DNA of 32,737 nucleotides from the NCBI GenBank assembly GCA_002269645.1, contig NIVC01001144.1:1-32737 (forward strand), written 5' to 3'. Shown here in pieces: positions 1 through 11,200 of the stretch; the stretch's first letter is position 1; each line of letters starts with the position of its first letter. Under the pieces are notes generated by a model that worked only from the letters and a program-made list of their open reading frames with translations, was not told where the DNA came from and ran no database searches. This DNA is from Macrostomum lignano. Lineage: Eukaryota. The position numbers and the translations under genes are program-made.

Positions 1-1
1 A

Positions 2-708
2 GGTACGGAGTTTGTACGCGTCCGCTGTCGCCATGCTGTGTCGAAAAATGTTAAAGCGTCGTGAACGAGAAGGCATTCAAGGATCTCAAGTTAGCTCGGA
101 TGTACAGCGTGCAAGACAAAGCTGTTTGTCCCGTCGAAGCCTTTAAAATGTACGTCTCTCAACTACCGAATGGATGTAAGGTGTTGTTCCCAAGGCTCAA
201 TAAGTCTGGCTTCTCAGCCTGCCAACGACTCGGCAAAGATTCACTTGGAGACTTCATGAAGAATCTGAGTGCGTGTCTGGCTCTGCAGCGGAAGTACACC
301 AACCATTGTGTGCGAGTAACCACGGTGAGTAAAGATTGCATGGCCTACTCACTTCAGTAAAACTGTAAGAATACTGTCTTACCCAACTGCTGAAACTTAG
401 GTGAACTGTTTGGCCAAGGCCGGTTTCGATAATCAAGCGATTACACTAATGACGGACACAAGAATTCGAGCTCAGTGGATGTATACAAGCGGCGAGACAT
501 GGACTGTGTGGCCCGAATGAGCGCTTGTCTGGCTGCCTATGGGTCCAAAGTCACCAAGATTGACGACGATGCGGAATCCACCATCGAAAGTGTGACAACT
601 GGGTCTGATAGAGGAATACTAAAAAGAATCCACAACTATCACTTTCGAGAAAAAGCAGCTGATTCGTTAGAAAACTATACTAGAAATTCTGGTACTAAAC
701 AGCACTGA
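2..708 (+). mobile_element. Crypton-type (DUF3504/ZMYM-KCTD1-like) tyrosine recombinase, C-terminal part, 5'-truncated by the window; one intron (325-400) and two 1-nt frame breaks (~53-55, ~454-455)
   Basis: Spliced and repaired translation: GTEFVRVRCRHAVSKNVK..RMYSVQDKAVCPVEAFKMYVSQLP..LFPR..LGKDSLGDFMKNLS..YTNHCVRVTT|VNCLAKAGFDNQAITLMTGHKNSSSVDVYKR. This has the CPV..Y, YTNHxxR, TGH and catalytic Y motifs of this family. Donor GTGAGT at 325, acceptor TTAG at 400, phase 0. Confidence 0.8.
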
Positions 709-852
709 AAAAAGGATAAAAGGTGGTTCTGGAGATGAAAATGTTATTTAGAAACATTTGACATAAAAAAACAAGAACAATAATAGCAATAGGAAAAATC
801 TATATAATAAAAGAATGTTATAGAGTAGACAGAATGAATAATTTAATATAGC

Positions 853-1467
853 CAGTGTTTGGCAGAGTTATTAAAAACGTTACTTTCGTTAGTGGTACAA
901 AGTGGTAAAGGCAGCCATAGATTCCGTTAAAAATGATAAAAATAACGTACTTTTTCAGAGAGTGAATCCCTAACTCCTTACTTGTTGAAAATAGCTACTT
1001 ACAAATTTGGTGGCTTGCTCATATATTCATATCGACCATTCGGTTTTTTCGCTATCAATTTGATTTAATTCAAAAACATCAAACTCCAAATCACCTGCAG
1101 TCAAGCATGCACACATCATACACCCTAGCTCACTCTGTCCACCAGACTGATTTTAGGGTATGGTCCTCTCAGCGTCATTCTTCACCTAAGCCAATAATGA
1201 AATGAAATGAAATGATTTCTGTTGACAATATGGATTTCTGTATGTTTTGAGAATCATTTTTAATCATTCAAATTGAATGAGACTTAGAAAAATTGTAGAT
1301 AACAAATAATAAAAGTAAAAAAGAGTAACGGAAGTGAACAAAAAGTAACGTATAGTCGTTATTGCGTTACCCTGAAGAAGTAACCATGGTTCGTTAATTG
1401 TTATAAAAGGTAACTTCCGATACCAACGGATCAACGCTTAACAACGGGACCTGCCCATGCAACACTG
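853..1467. mobile_element. Probable non-autonomous hAT-like MITE
   Basis: Ends CAGTGTTTGGCAG (853) and CTGCCCATGCAACACTG (1467) are imperfect inverted repeats. Flanks AATATAGC and AATATGCG resemble a decayed 8-bp TSD. GTAACG/CGTTAC subterminal motifs recur in opposite orientations at the two ends. Confidence 0.45.
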
Positions 1468-1842
1468 AATATGCGAGCGTGACTGTTAAACCAGCGTAAA
1501 ATTGAAGCTGTTTCGAAAAGTACGAGCGTATAAATAATTTGAGATTCTGCAAAGCGTATATAAAAAAAATACTGTGACAGCTTGTAATGTGAAATAGTAT
1601 TCTGCTGGATTAAAAATGTACTGTTTAACTTCATGAATGAAAAAATAAGCGCACACAACACGCTGTGCATGAACCGGTTTTTACACCCAAATCTTGGGAA
1701 AAGGTTTAGCAAAAAAAGAAATTTATGTTTTAAAAAATTTAAACTTTTTTATTTAAACCGATTGTTTAAAATGAGTTTGTTGGTTATCAGCTTTGACTTT
1801 GCTTGTCGGGAGCTACGTGCAGTTTCGGATATTCAGAGGAAG

Positions 1843-2160
1843 GAGGTTGCCGCCTAGTGGTTAGAGAGTCGGACTCGCGCGACTTGAAGGTCGGCGGTTC
1901 GATTCCCTATCCCATTAGAACAATATGTGTGCTTGAGCAAGACAATTAACTCTGCATTGCTTTAGCTCACTCAGCTGTAAAATGGGTGCCAGCATTAGCT
2001 GGGGTAATTGAGGGTGTATGTGGCGCCCCCCCCCCCAGTCCTTGGACTGAACAGCCGTACGCAGCCTTCAGATGCGCCGCGCAATAGCTGCGGCTGGGCT
2101 GTCGGTTGATTGGGCCAGGTGTAATCAATTATTAATATTACTACTAATATTATTATTATT
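1843..2160 (+). mobile_element. tRNA-derived SINE
   Basis: A-box GCCTAGTGGTTAG (1852-1864) and B-box GGTTCGATTCC (1896-1906). Body GTGCTTGAGCAAGACA..CTCACTCAGCTGTAAAATGGGTGCCAGC resembles the conserved central domain of metazoan tRNA-SINEs. (ATT)n-type tail at ~2128-2160. No closed tRNA acceptor stem. Confidence 0.8.
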
Positions 2161-2253
2161 AGGGTGAATAAAAAAGGACAAAGACGAACGCCCTAGCTGT
2201 CAGTAGCTAATCGAAGACGAAAGCAAAAAACTAATACAACAAGGCAGTAGTCT

Positions 2254-5200
2254 CTAACCATCACCAGCAGCCAGCCGGATTTGCTCCTTGAGCGCACTAG
2301 TCAGTTCCAAGCTGAGCTGCATCAGGCGTCTGCAGTAGCCGCTGAGGTTGCCATACCGACCGTACTGTGCCGCCGTCAGCAGCGGCGCTGGGTCAAAGTG
2401 CATCGACAAATCGCACACCGGCTGCGCCTCGAGATTTTGGTCGCCGCCAAAGTGCAGCGAGCCGCTGATGATGCGCAACTCCGGCCAAACATCTTCGGCG
2501 TCGCTGCTCGACGGCGAAATTGACGAACAACCGACCGCTGACGCGTCACCAGGACAGTCAGCGACTTTGGCACCCGGTCGCTGATCACTACTTTGCCAGT
2601 GGTTGGATCTCGGACCAGATAGGGAAACTCTTCACCGTCTGGGAAAAGTTCCCGGTGCATGCTCGGGCGGACTGGTTCGCACGCGGCCAGGTTAATGTGC
2701 AAGTCCAGCTGCTCCAGGTAGCCGGCAGCTGCAGCTCTGCCGCTGGCATCAACTGTGCTCGGTCGTCCGCAGAATTCGGCTTCATTGGCGCACTTTTGTC
2801 TCTGATCGACACTGCTTGAAGATTTGTTGTTCGACGCTGCTTTTCTTTGGCGTCTGCCATCTTTCTTAGTCAACTCGCTGGGAGGCATTGCAGCTGCGGC
2901 ATCTACCACTTCACCACCGACACTCTGTCTGCTTGTTGCTGAGAATTCACTTTCAGGAGTCATCAAAGTGAAGTTTTTATTGGATTTCTTCTCATTCGAA
3001 AAAACGCGTCATTAGTGCTCAATGCATTCACTGCTGCACCTGAGCGTTCCGCGTCGCTTTTGGATTCTGCCAAGGATTCCACACTTTCCGTATCTATTTT
3101 AGCTTCCACTACGCCAGCTGCTTTTGGGCCGCGTTCTTGACCTCTTTGACCCCTCTGGTTGGTCTTAGCTGACGAGCCTTCGTTGCTAGTGCTGCAACCA
3201 GTTGCGACCTCGGTGAAAACTTCAGAGGAGGTTGCACCGTCGGTTGTGCTGACATTTGTAAGATTTTCAGTTCCGCTTTTGACTTTAATGCATGCACCAA
3301 TTTTCTTTCTTGATGTTCGATGTTTTAGTATACTCCAATCGATTTCTGGACATTTGCGCTGTTCGCAAGTAGTTTCCATGATTCCAGCGGTTGCAACAAC
3401 GCCTTTTGACTTCATTTGTGTCTTACCTTGTTTGCCTGCTAAATTGCTACAGGCGCTGTCATCCATCACATTGGTGCTCTGCCTCTGCTCTGTTAAGCCT
3501 GAGCTGACCGTTTGTGTTTCAGCGGCTCCCTGAGTTTCAATGAAATCGTCTCTTCTGTCCAAAGATTGAGTTGCATCCCGAGCAGATTGTTCCGCACCAG
3601 CGAGATAATACTCATCTCCATCTTTTTTATCGCCTTTGCGCTTGCGTTTGAATTTTCTATTCTTTTCTGTTTGTGCGAGTTCGATTTTTCTCGGCGCATT
3701 TTCCAATCCGATGGCTTCACTTGGACTTCCAGTTTCACAGTCAGCTGTGCTGGAGGCTGTAATCGCTGAGTTTCTCTCGCCAGGCCTATCAGAGTCTAAT
3801 AAATTCATGTAAATACAATTCAGCGGTCGCTCGTAGACTCGCACTAGCTGCAATGAAAGATCATGCTGCAGGTGAGCCTGATAGGAAGCGCTCAAGCGCA
3901 CGGACACCTTCCAGCCGGTCAGAGCCGGCTCTGTCTGTTTAGGAATTTCTACATAGCCTAATGATTTCAGGGCCTTCTCGTAGACTTCTACGGTTGCTCC
4001 GGTGCTAATTCGATGCAGATCCGCAACAATTCCAGCTAGAAAGCCAACGCCTAGTTTGTATTTCTTTCGACGGTTTGGCTTCGGAGCCCGTTCCGGTTTA
4101 AGCGGCGGATGAGGCTCTTGAGATGCGCCGCCAGGAGCCGCAAGACTAACCATTTTCTCTGCGCGATGCTTTCTAGTGGCATCGGAGGCATCGCGGCGAC
4201 GAAAGTCGGGTCGCTCGCAACCCTTGCGGAACTTCTTACCGGCCGCCAGTGCTACTGCCAGCTCAGCTAGAGATATGCTACGGCGGTTGTCAGGAAGACC
4301 GTTAGTTGCGTTTAGGAAATAAACTCGGCCAACGCGAACTGAAAGTTCCAGGTCTTTTAGCATTGCAGAAACTTGGCATTCAGACCTGATGATCGCAGGC
4401 GAGAAAACTGGCGACACATCAGAGCGAATAAGCGACGCGCGGCTTCATCTGTCCATGATGTAAAATCAATACCATCCGTCCCGAGACACAGCGGAACGCA
4501 AACATCATGCATTTGATGCTCAACATTCACTGAGCCAAGGTGATCAATTAGCTCGATCCGACAACTGTTTGAAAGACATCGAGTGGCCATGACGGTTCCA
4601 CCTCCCTCCAAAAAGTAGCGCAAACCGTTGTTGTACTTCCTCGTCCAGCTGCCAGACAAGCCAAATCTAGCAGACAGTTCGCGGAGTTCATGTCGAAGGC
4701 GATCGATAGCTGACGGGGCTCCGATTGCCCGTATCAGAAGTCGGCGCGATCCTGTGGTCTCTTCCAGTTGTACAGAATCACATCCGGTAGTCAAGCGCAA
4801 ACGTGTCTCGTGAAAGCGAAGGGATCGCAACATTTCAGTGCTTAAAATTCCGGGCAAACGCTGTGTCAGCCGAATGGCTTTTCCAGAGAGACTTGAAATA
4901 ATTGCGGCGGAAGACACAATGGACGCTGCGCTGTGGGTGTAGACGAGAACGCGAGAGGCAACGTCCGCAAGTTCCGCCACGCCTCTAACGACCTCAGCCG
5001 AAATCTGAACCGATGAAGCGGATTCAACTCTTTGCCACTTGTACGTCACGGCACCGGACAATTCACTGCAAAACCGAACAAAACGTAGTATGCAGCTGCC
5101 CAAAAAGGCAAAATTCGCATCCGAAGCTTTATCAGTCAGCCGGTCCATCAAAAAAGCTAGGCGCTCAGACAATGATAGATCAAGCAGACATTTATTACTT

Positions 5201-8200
5201 TCCTCGAAGTTGCTTGCGACTTCGTCGAACTCAGAAAAGCAATGCAGAACAAGAGCGTAAAACTCGGCTGTAGGCATCAGCCCCTGGCTCTCACTTGATG
5301 ACCGAACGATTCCAGCTGCCCTCGCCCACTGAACCAGCAGCCACAGCAAAGGTAGCCGCCACGGACAGCGACTGTACAAGCTGAGAAGGTAGCGCGTCTT
5401 TCCCAGACCTACACTGTTCATACTGATGTCGCACTCCTGGCCATCATCCACGTCCTCACCGCCGTCCAGTCCAAGACGGCATCGAATCAACGGAACTTGG
5501 CGATCGAGGTATCGAGTCTTTTCCAACACTGCAGCATCCAGTGAGGGCCACACAAGCGTCTCGAGCCAATGACGATGGCGAGCGCATTCTCCCAGTACAG
5601 AAACCTCTGCGGGAAGCCACGGCTCAGAGTACGCTTTATCAAGAGGTAGCACACACAAGTCGATGTCTGATGAAGCCTCATCACACACAAGAATCGAGGC
5701 TGAGCCATACACCTTGCAACTGAGCACTCCTGCACACTGCTGGGACAGGCGACCGCTGACCAGTGCGGCGGCTGCGTCGGCACGACCGACTGCATCGCGC
5801 AGACCCGGAAGAGATTTGCGGAAGAAGGCAAAGACCGAGCGACCGATCGACACTTCGAGACCTTCATCAATTGACTGCAGTGACGCGCTGCCGGTCTGCA
5901 GTACAGAGGTCGACATGCCGTGAGACCGAATTTCACACAAAACGTCGGTCACGACCCACGGGAAACTTAAACCTCGTGGCTTCTTCGCCTTCGAGGTCCC
6001 GACACTTTTGTACGCCACTGCAAACCATGCAGCTGCCTGAGCTCTGCGTTTGTTCTGGTCGTCCCCAGCAAGTTGATCGAATATTCGCCGGTACTTGTTG
6101 CCCAAAGCGTCAAACCCCTGCCGCATGGCTATGTGAGCGCGACCACGATCTGTTCGAAGCAGCGGGTGCCACTGAAAGCAGCGACCGAGCTGCAGCTCCC
6201 TGTCGCTTCTTGCGCCCCACTGCGACATCAGTGCCCGCAGATCAGAGCGGTAGAGCTCAAACAGCCGACTGGCGCTTTTCAAAAACTTCTCCTGACCGGC
6301 CCATGTCACATCGTACTCGTACTGTTGATTTTCTTGATCGATCGAGTCCAGCAGATCCCAATCCAGGTCGCAGGAGCGGCATCTTCGGTACAACTGACCC
6401 AGAAGCTTATCTGAAGGGTAGGAATCAGAGCGCTCCATGAAGTCTGGGTAGCCTTTCTCTTTAACGAATTTTACTGCTGCTTCAGGCACCTCCGGTACGA
6501 TTCCTGTCTTTGGAAAGTCGACTGCGACCGATTGAGCCTTTGCAACTTCGATCGCCAACTGGTTGAGGGCGCCACCAGGCAGCTGATCACAAATGGCCAG
6601 GTGCAAATTCGCTACTCGACCAAGAAAGCTGTTCGCAAAGTTCTGTGCGCAGAAGTTGGCCAGCAAGACTGGGTTCGTAACGTCAGCTCCTTCGGGTAGC
6701 TGTGGCTCGTTTGATGCCAGCTTCGCATAGTCCAGAGGTTCGTGGACTGCCTCTAGAGGCGGCACGAGCTCCGGGTCCCACACAACTCCAAACTGGTCTC
6801 CGTCGAGGTCACCGCCGCTGCAATCGGCAGCCAGTGAGCGGCGGCAGTCAGTGCGCGAAGGAAGCAGCAGCAGGTTAAGCCACCCACACAGCTGCGGTTT
6901 GGCCACGGCCTGCACCACTCGAACGTCTCCCGGATGCAGGCATGGGTTTCGATATATCAGCACTGGACCCTCAATCTGCTTAGCCTGATCACTGGGTTTC
7001 CGCTTGATTCGAAGAAACACCTGGCCCTCAGCCAGCACTTCTAGCGGATCAGGTGCGCCCATTACGCGACAACCGAGGTCGCCCACTGGCAGAGCAGCTC
7101 GCTTCTGCAGGTCGGACAGCCGAAATCGGAAAACGCATCGCAGCAGACCGAGCCAGTGCGGATCGGTCAGAAAGTTGAAGTGTCGCGCAGCTTCCACAAC
7201 ACTCGCTGTTGCCAAGCTCGGTTTGTCAATAAATTCTCGAAGTGCCGCGGTGGCTGCCGAAGGAGTCGCTAGAGACTCGGCTATTTTTCGCAGTTCCGCG
7301 TCGAGAATGTTTCGCAGACGTTGCGACGGGTTCCAGCTGTCACACTTGGAGGCCAGCGCCTCCAGCAGAGTGATGATCTCTCTGTTGAGGCAAAGTCTAC
7401 CGCACTGAGACGTTCCGACAATGCACAAGTTCGTGTCTGAGCTTTTGAACTTCACAGTGGATGGTCTCAGCGAGATTCCTTGCTGAAGCTCTAGCTTTGG
7501 GTCCGTATCGGAGACAGTGGTCAGGACTCCTTTGGCTCCACCAAAGCGAAATTGGAAGGCAAACGGTAGCTCTGGCAGGTCCAGTTTGGATTTAATTGAC
7601 ATAGCGAGTTCTGAGCTGATTTTCCCGCTTCCTGCAATGTGCGAATGCTTTGCGAGGTCAAAATTTGCTGTGCACAATGCACATTAAAGCTCATATACAT
7701 GCACGAACTGATACTCACCGTCCGTCAGAAGGTCGTCATTGAGAGCTCGATGGTCAATACATTTCGATACTTGGTTGGTCTCTAATTTGGCTACCCATGT
7801 GTCAGCTGTATGAAAAAGTCCCAGTCGAGACAGATATTTGGAAACCGATCGGAACTCTGTCGGATTCTCGACCAGCTGGTCTCGCAGTCGCTGCACTTCC
7901 TCGACAGACTCTGCGGCCACAAAGAAGCACCGGCTCGTTCGTAGCTGACCGCTGCTTGCCGAAAAAAACCGGTACATCCGTCCGGCCAGAGTCAGACCGT
8001 CCCGCAGCACTTTGGTGAATCGAGCACCGACTGAAGCAGCAGAGGCAACATTGACGCCGCCGCCTCGCACGACTCCGCATGACTCGTCGGTGAAGGCGAC
8101 CATCACGAGTCTTTCTGGAGGGATCCGACGCAGAAGGCGACTCGATGCTACGGGAGTGGCGGGGAACAATACCACTCTTGTTGGAGTCACAGCAACTCGC

Positions 8201-11200
8201 TTCACGAGCAGTGAGCCACATGCAACTGGCGGACCAACAGCAGCGTCTTCCGCATCCTCATCGGTCACCTCGAGAACACTAAGCGCAGAGTTCAGCCGGT
8301 CTCCAAGCACATCTTCAAAGAAGGCGTCGCCATCCCCAGTAGCCGACAACGTCAACAGTGCGTTGGCCAGTTTAATGAGGTTTGTTGGGCAGTCATTATC
8401 GAGTTCAGAGTCTGCTTGTGCAGCTGCTGCGATTCTATTTTCAATACCTGCAGCTGATTCTTGAGTGATGAGGAAGCGACGGCTGTCAATCAGAGCCTGC
8501 ATTTGCCAGCGGCACTGGAACTCTGCTTTGTCACGGACGGACAATTCCTGGAATGGCTTAACTCTATGACAGTATTCAAAGAGCGTCTCACTTTCCCCTG
8601 GGGAGGCATACTCTTCGGACTCAAGTCGGGTATCGAGCAGCGGCAGAGGAAACGTCGCACGGAGTCTCATCCAGTCGAGGGGCTCAGCTGATCGAGGGGC
8701 TCTTGGTAGATGCAGGATGAGTACAGAATTGGTTTCAAATTTCTGACGAATTTTTCCTGAAAGATCTTCAGTGTTGCAAAAGCTTTCAGAAGAAATCGGA
8801 TTGAAATCCCAGTCGTTTTGCTGATCCTCCTGTTCCACAGTTTTTAGAATAGTTGGCGCTACTGCCAAAGGTAAAGCAATCAATTCTTTGGACCAGTCCA
8901 CCATTGCAAACCCGTTAGTTCCACCAATGCTTGATACTACCAGTGAAACTCCAGCAGCACGAAAAAATACTGAAATGAGATTGCGATTAGAATCTATTTC
9001 TAATTCGATATTTTCTTCCGAAATATGCAACGCCTCAACTACTTTAGTTTTTGTCTGAAACTGGCCAATTGCAACGGAACTGAGAGTCTGAACTGTTCTT
9101 TCGGATTTTTTATGGAATCGTCGTCCGAATCTTCCACTTTTCGCACGTCTGGCATCGCATAAATTGGCTTATTGTTCAGTTCGAATGACCAACGACGCGC
9201 GAATTCGTGATAAATGCCAAGAGGAGAATCTAAAGTTGAGTGCGTTTCCAAGTACACGGCAGCGACTGTTGAGTCTCGTGGAAACAACCCAGAAGGCAAA
9301 GAATGATTCTCACACTGATCAAATAGCAAATCGATGGAGCGAACTTTAACGAAGTTTTCTTTCTCAATACTTAGCATTAAAGCTTCTTTATCACAGTCTT
9401 TCCTCTGCAACTCGGGGCAGCATAGCTGGACCATTATCTGGCCTCCCATTTTGCCTGTCAATCCCATTGAGTAGTGAGCTACAACAGATCGAGCAGCTTG
9501 CACAGGGCTCTTTCGTTCAGCCAAATGCTTTACCATTTGCCGCGTCAGCTCGGATGGAACCCCGTTTTCAAGCGAGTGATCGTCCACCACACGGTTCAGC
9601 ATATTTTCTCTTTCGCTCAAATCAGTTGCAGCGGCCGCTTCGTTTTCATCGACGACCATCAAGAACCGACTGTCCTTTTTGCGCGCCCGGCCGCGGCTCT
9701 GCAACAGCTGCACAAGCGACTTGGCTGCATCGAACCTGATAACAACGTCGCACGCGCTGACGTCGAGACCCTCTTCCAGCACTGCTGTGCTCACAATCAG
9801 ACGACTGCTGCCGTCATTGAAGCTGTCGATAGCCACTGACTGCTCGCCGTCCCAGTCCATGCCGTCTGCGCCACCACGTCCTACGACCAGCTGGGGCCTG
9901 AGGTTCGGGAAGAGCTCGGACAGGCGCGCGTGCAGCAGTCGGGCCGTTCGGCGAGTCCACGTCAGCACGAGAAGTCGAGACTCTTTGTTCTCGACCTGCA
10001 ACAGCGATGCGGCCTCGGCTTCGACCACCCGCATGCGCTCAGAAACATCCAGCTGCCAGTTTGGATCAGAGCGAAATCGCATGGTGGCTGTGGAAATGCA
10101 GCGAAGGTCGTCGAGAAAAGGGGCTGCCTTTGAGACGCCAACAAGTTGGGATGCTTCCATGGCGGCCAGGAGACACAGCAGGTCGCGAATCTCTTCTCGG
10201 TTGTTTCGAAATTGTGGCAGGCCGCTATAGATGAAGCCGCGCAGCTGACCAGCCAGCATGCGCAGCCGGTTGCTTGGCACAGGCATCGACTCTCGGATCG
10301 GTAGGCCAAGGTTCAGTTTTTCGTTGCTATCTGTTAAAAGTTTGCTAAGGTCCTCAGTGAATTGTATCTGCAGCGAGGACGGATGACAGAGCTTGGTCAC
10401 TGTTTGCACGGCCGACTCCTCTGCTTTTGCAGGTCGGAACGCAACGCAATCAGGAGAAAAAAATGATAAAAGACGACGCAGTTTCTTCTGTCCTTCGGAA
10501 TCGCCGTCTCCAGGTTCAACAGGCGATGCAGTCAAGCCTAGCAAACGAGGTCGCATATCCTCTGGCAGTTGGTGGTTCAGCTTAAGGACGCGCGGGAAGT
10601 TGTGCCGCGGGGAACTCGCGTGGTGGCACTCGTCGATTACAATGCATGAAAACGCGCTCAAGTCTGGAATTCGCCGATTAGTAATTAGGGAGAGCAGGGC
10701 GCCTGCCGTGATCACCACCTAAAACGATCCGGAAAAGCTTTTTTGTTAAGGAGAGACGAGACTTGGGTAAATAGTTAAAAATAACAAGATTGCTTACCAA
10801 ATCATGCGCTCCATCAAGAAGTTCTCGAATTTTCCAAGAGGTCATAATTTCTCCGCACAGCGCGGCCACTTTTAGCCCAGTGTCCGCCTCCAGCGCCTTG
10901 GCCTGCTGGAACACCAGCGGCACTCGCTCCACCAGCAGGGCCCCCATCCGTCCCGGGTTCAGAGCTCGCATCCGAGCCAGCAGCAGAGCTGCCACCAGCG
11001 TCTTGCCTGAGCCAGTGGGCAGCACCAGTACAAGATCTCGCTGAAGTGCCTCAACGAAAGCCTCCAGCTGGTAGGTCCGTGGCACTTTGTCCGATACAAG
11101 GAGGTCGGACCAGTCGAAGTGCTCAGGAGCAGAGGGCGAAGCGAACTGAACTGGGACTTGGCGAGCTATTAGACTGGACCAGTTGCCGAAATCAGGGACT

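Noticed and set aside
1843-1915. Functional tRNA gene
   Set aside because: Acceptor and anticodon stems do not pair, and the sequence continues into a SINE body and tail.
5930-8215. Viral RdRP or endogenous viral element
   Set aside because: The motifs are those of cellular DxDGD-type RdRPs rather than viral GDD palm polymerases, and the gene has spliceosomal introns.
9080-9111. Programmed -1 ribosomal frameshifting as the main explanation for the frame breaks
   Set aside because: Only this site has a canonical heptamer, and I see no strong downstream stem-loop. Similar indels occur in unrelated genes, including insertions. Kept only as an alternative.
9055-9146. 92-bp intron ending at TTTCAG 9055
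   Set aside because: It would delete LSSVAIGQF, which resembles the conserved RdRP N-terminal strand motif, and the donor is weak.
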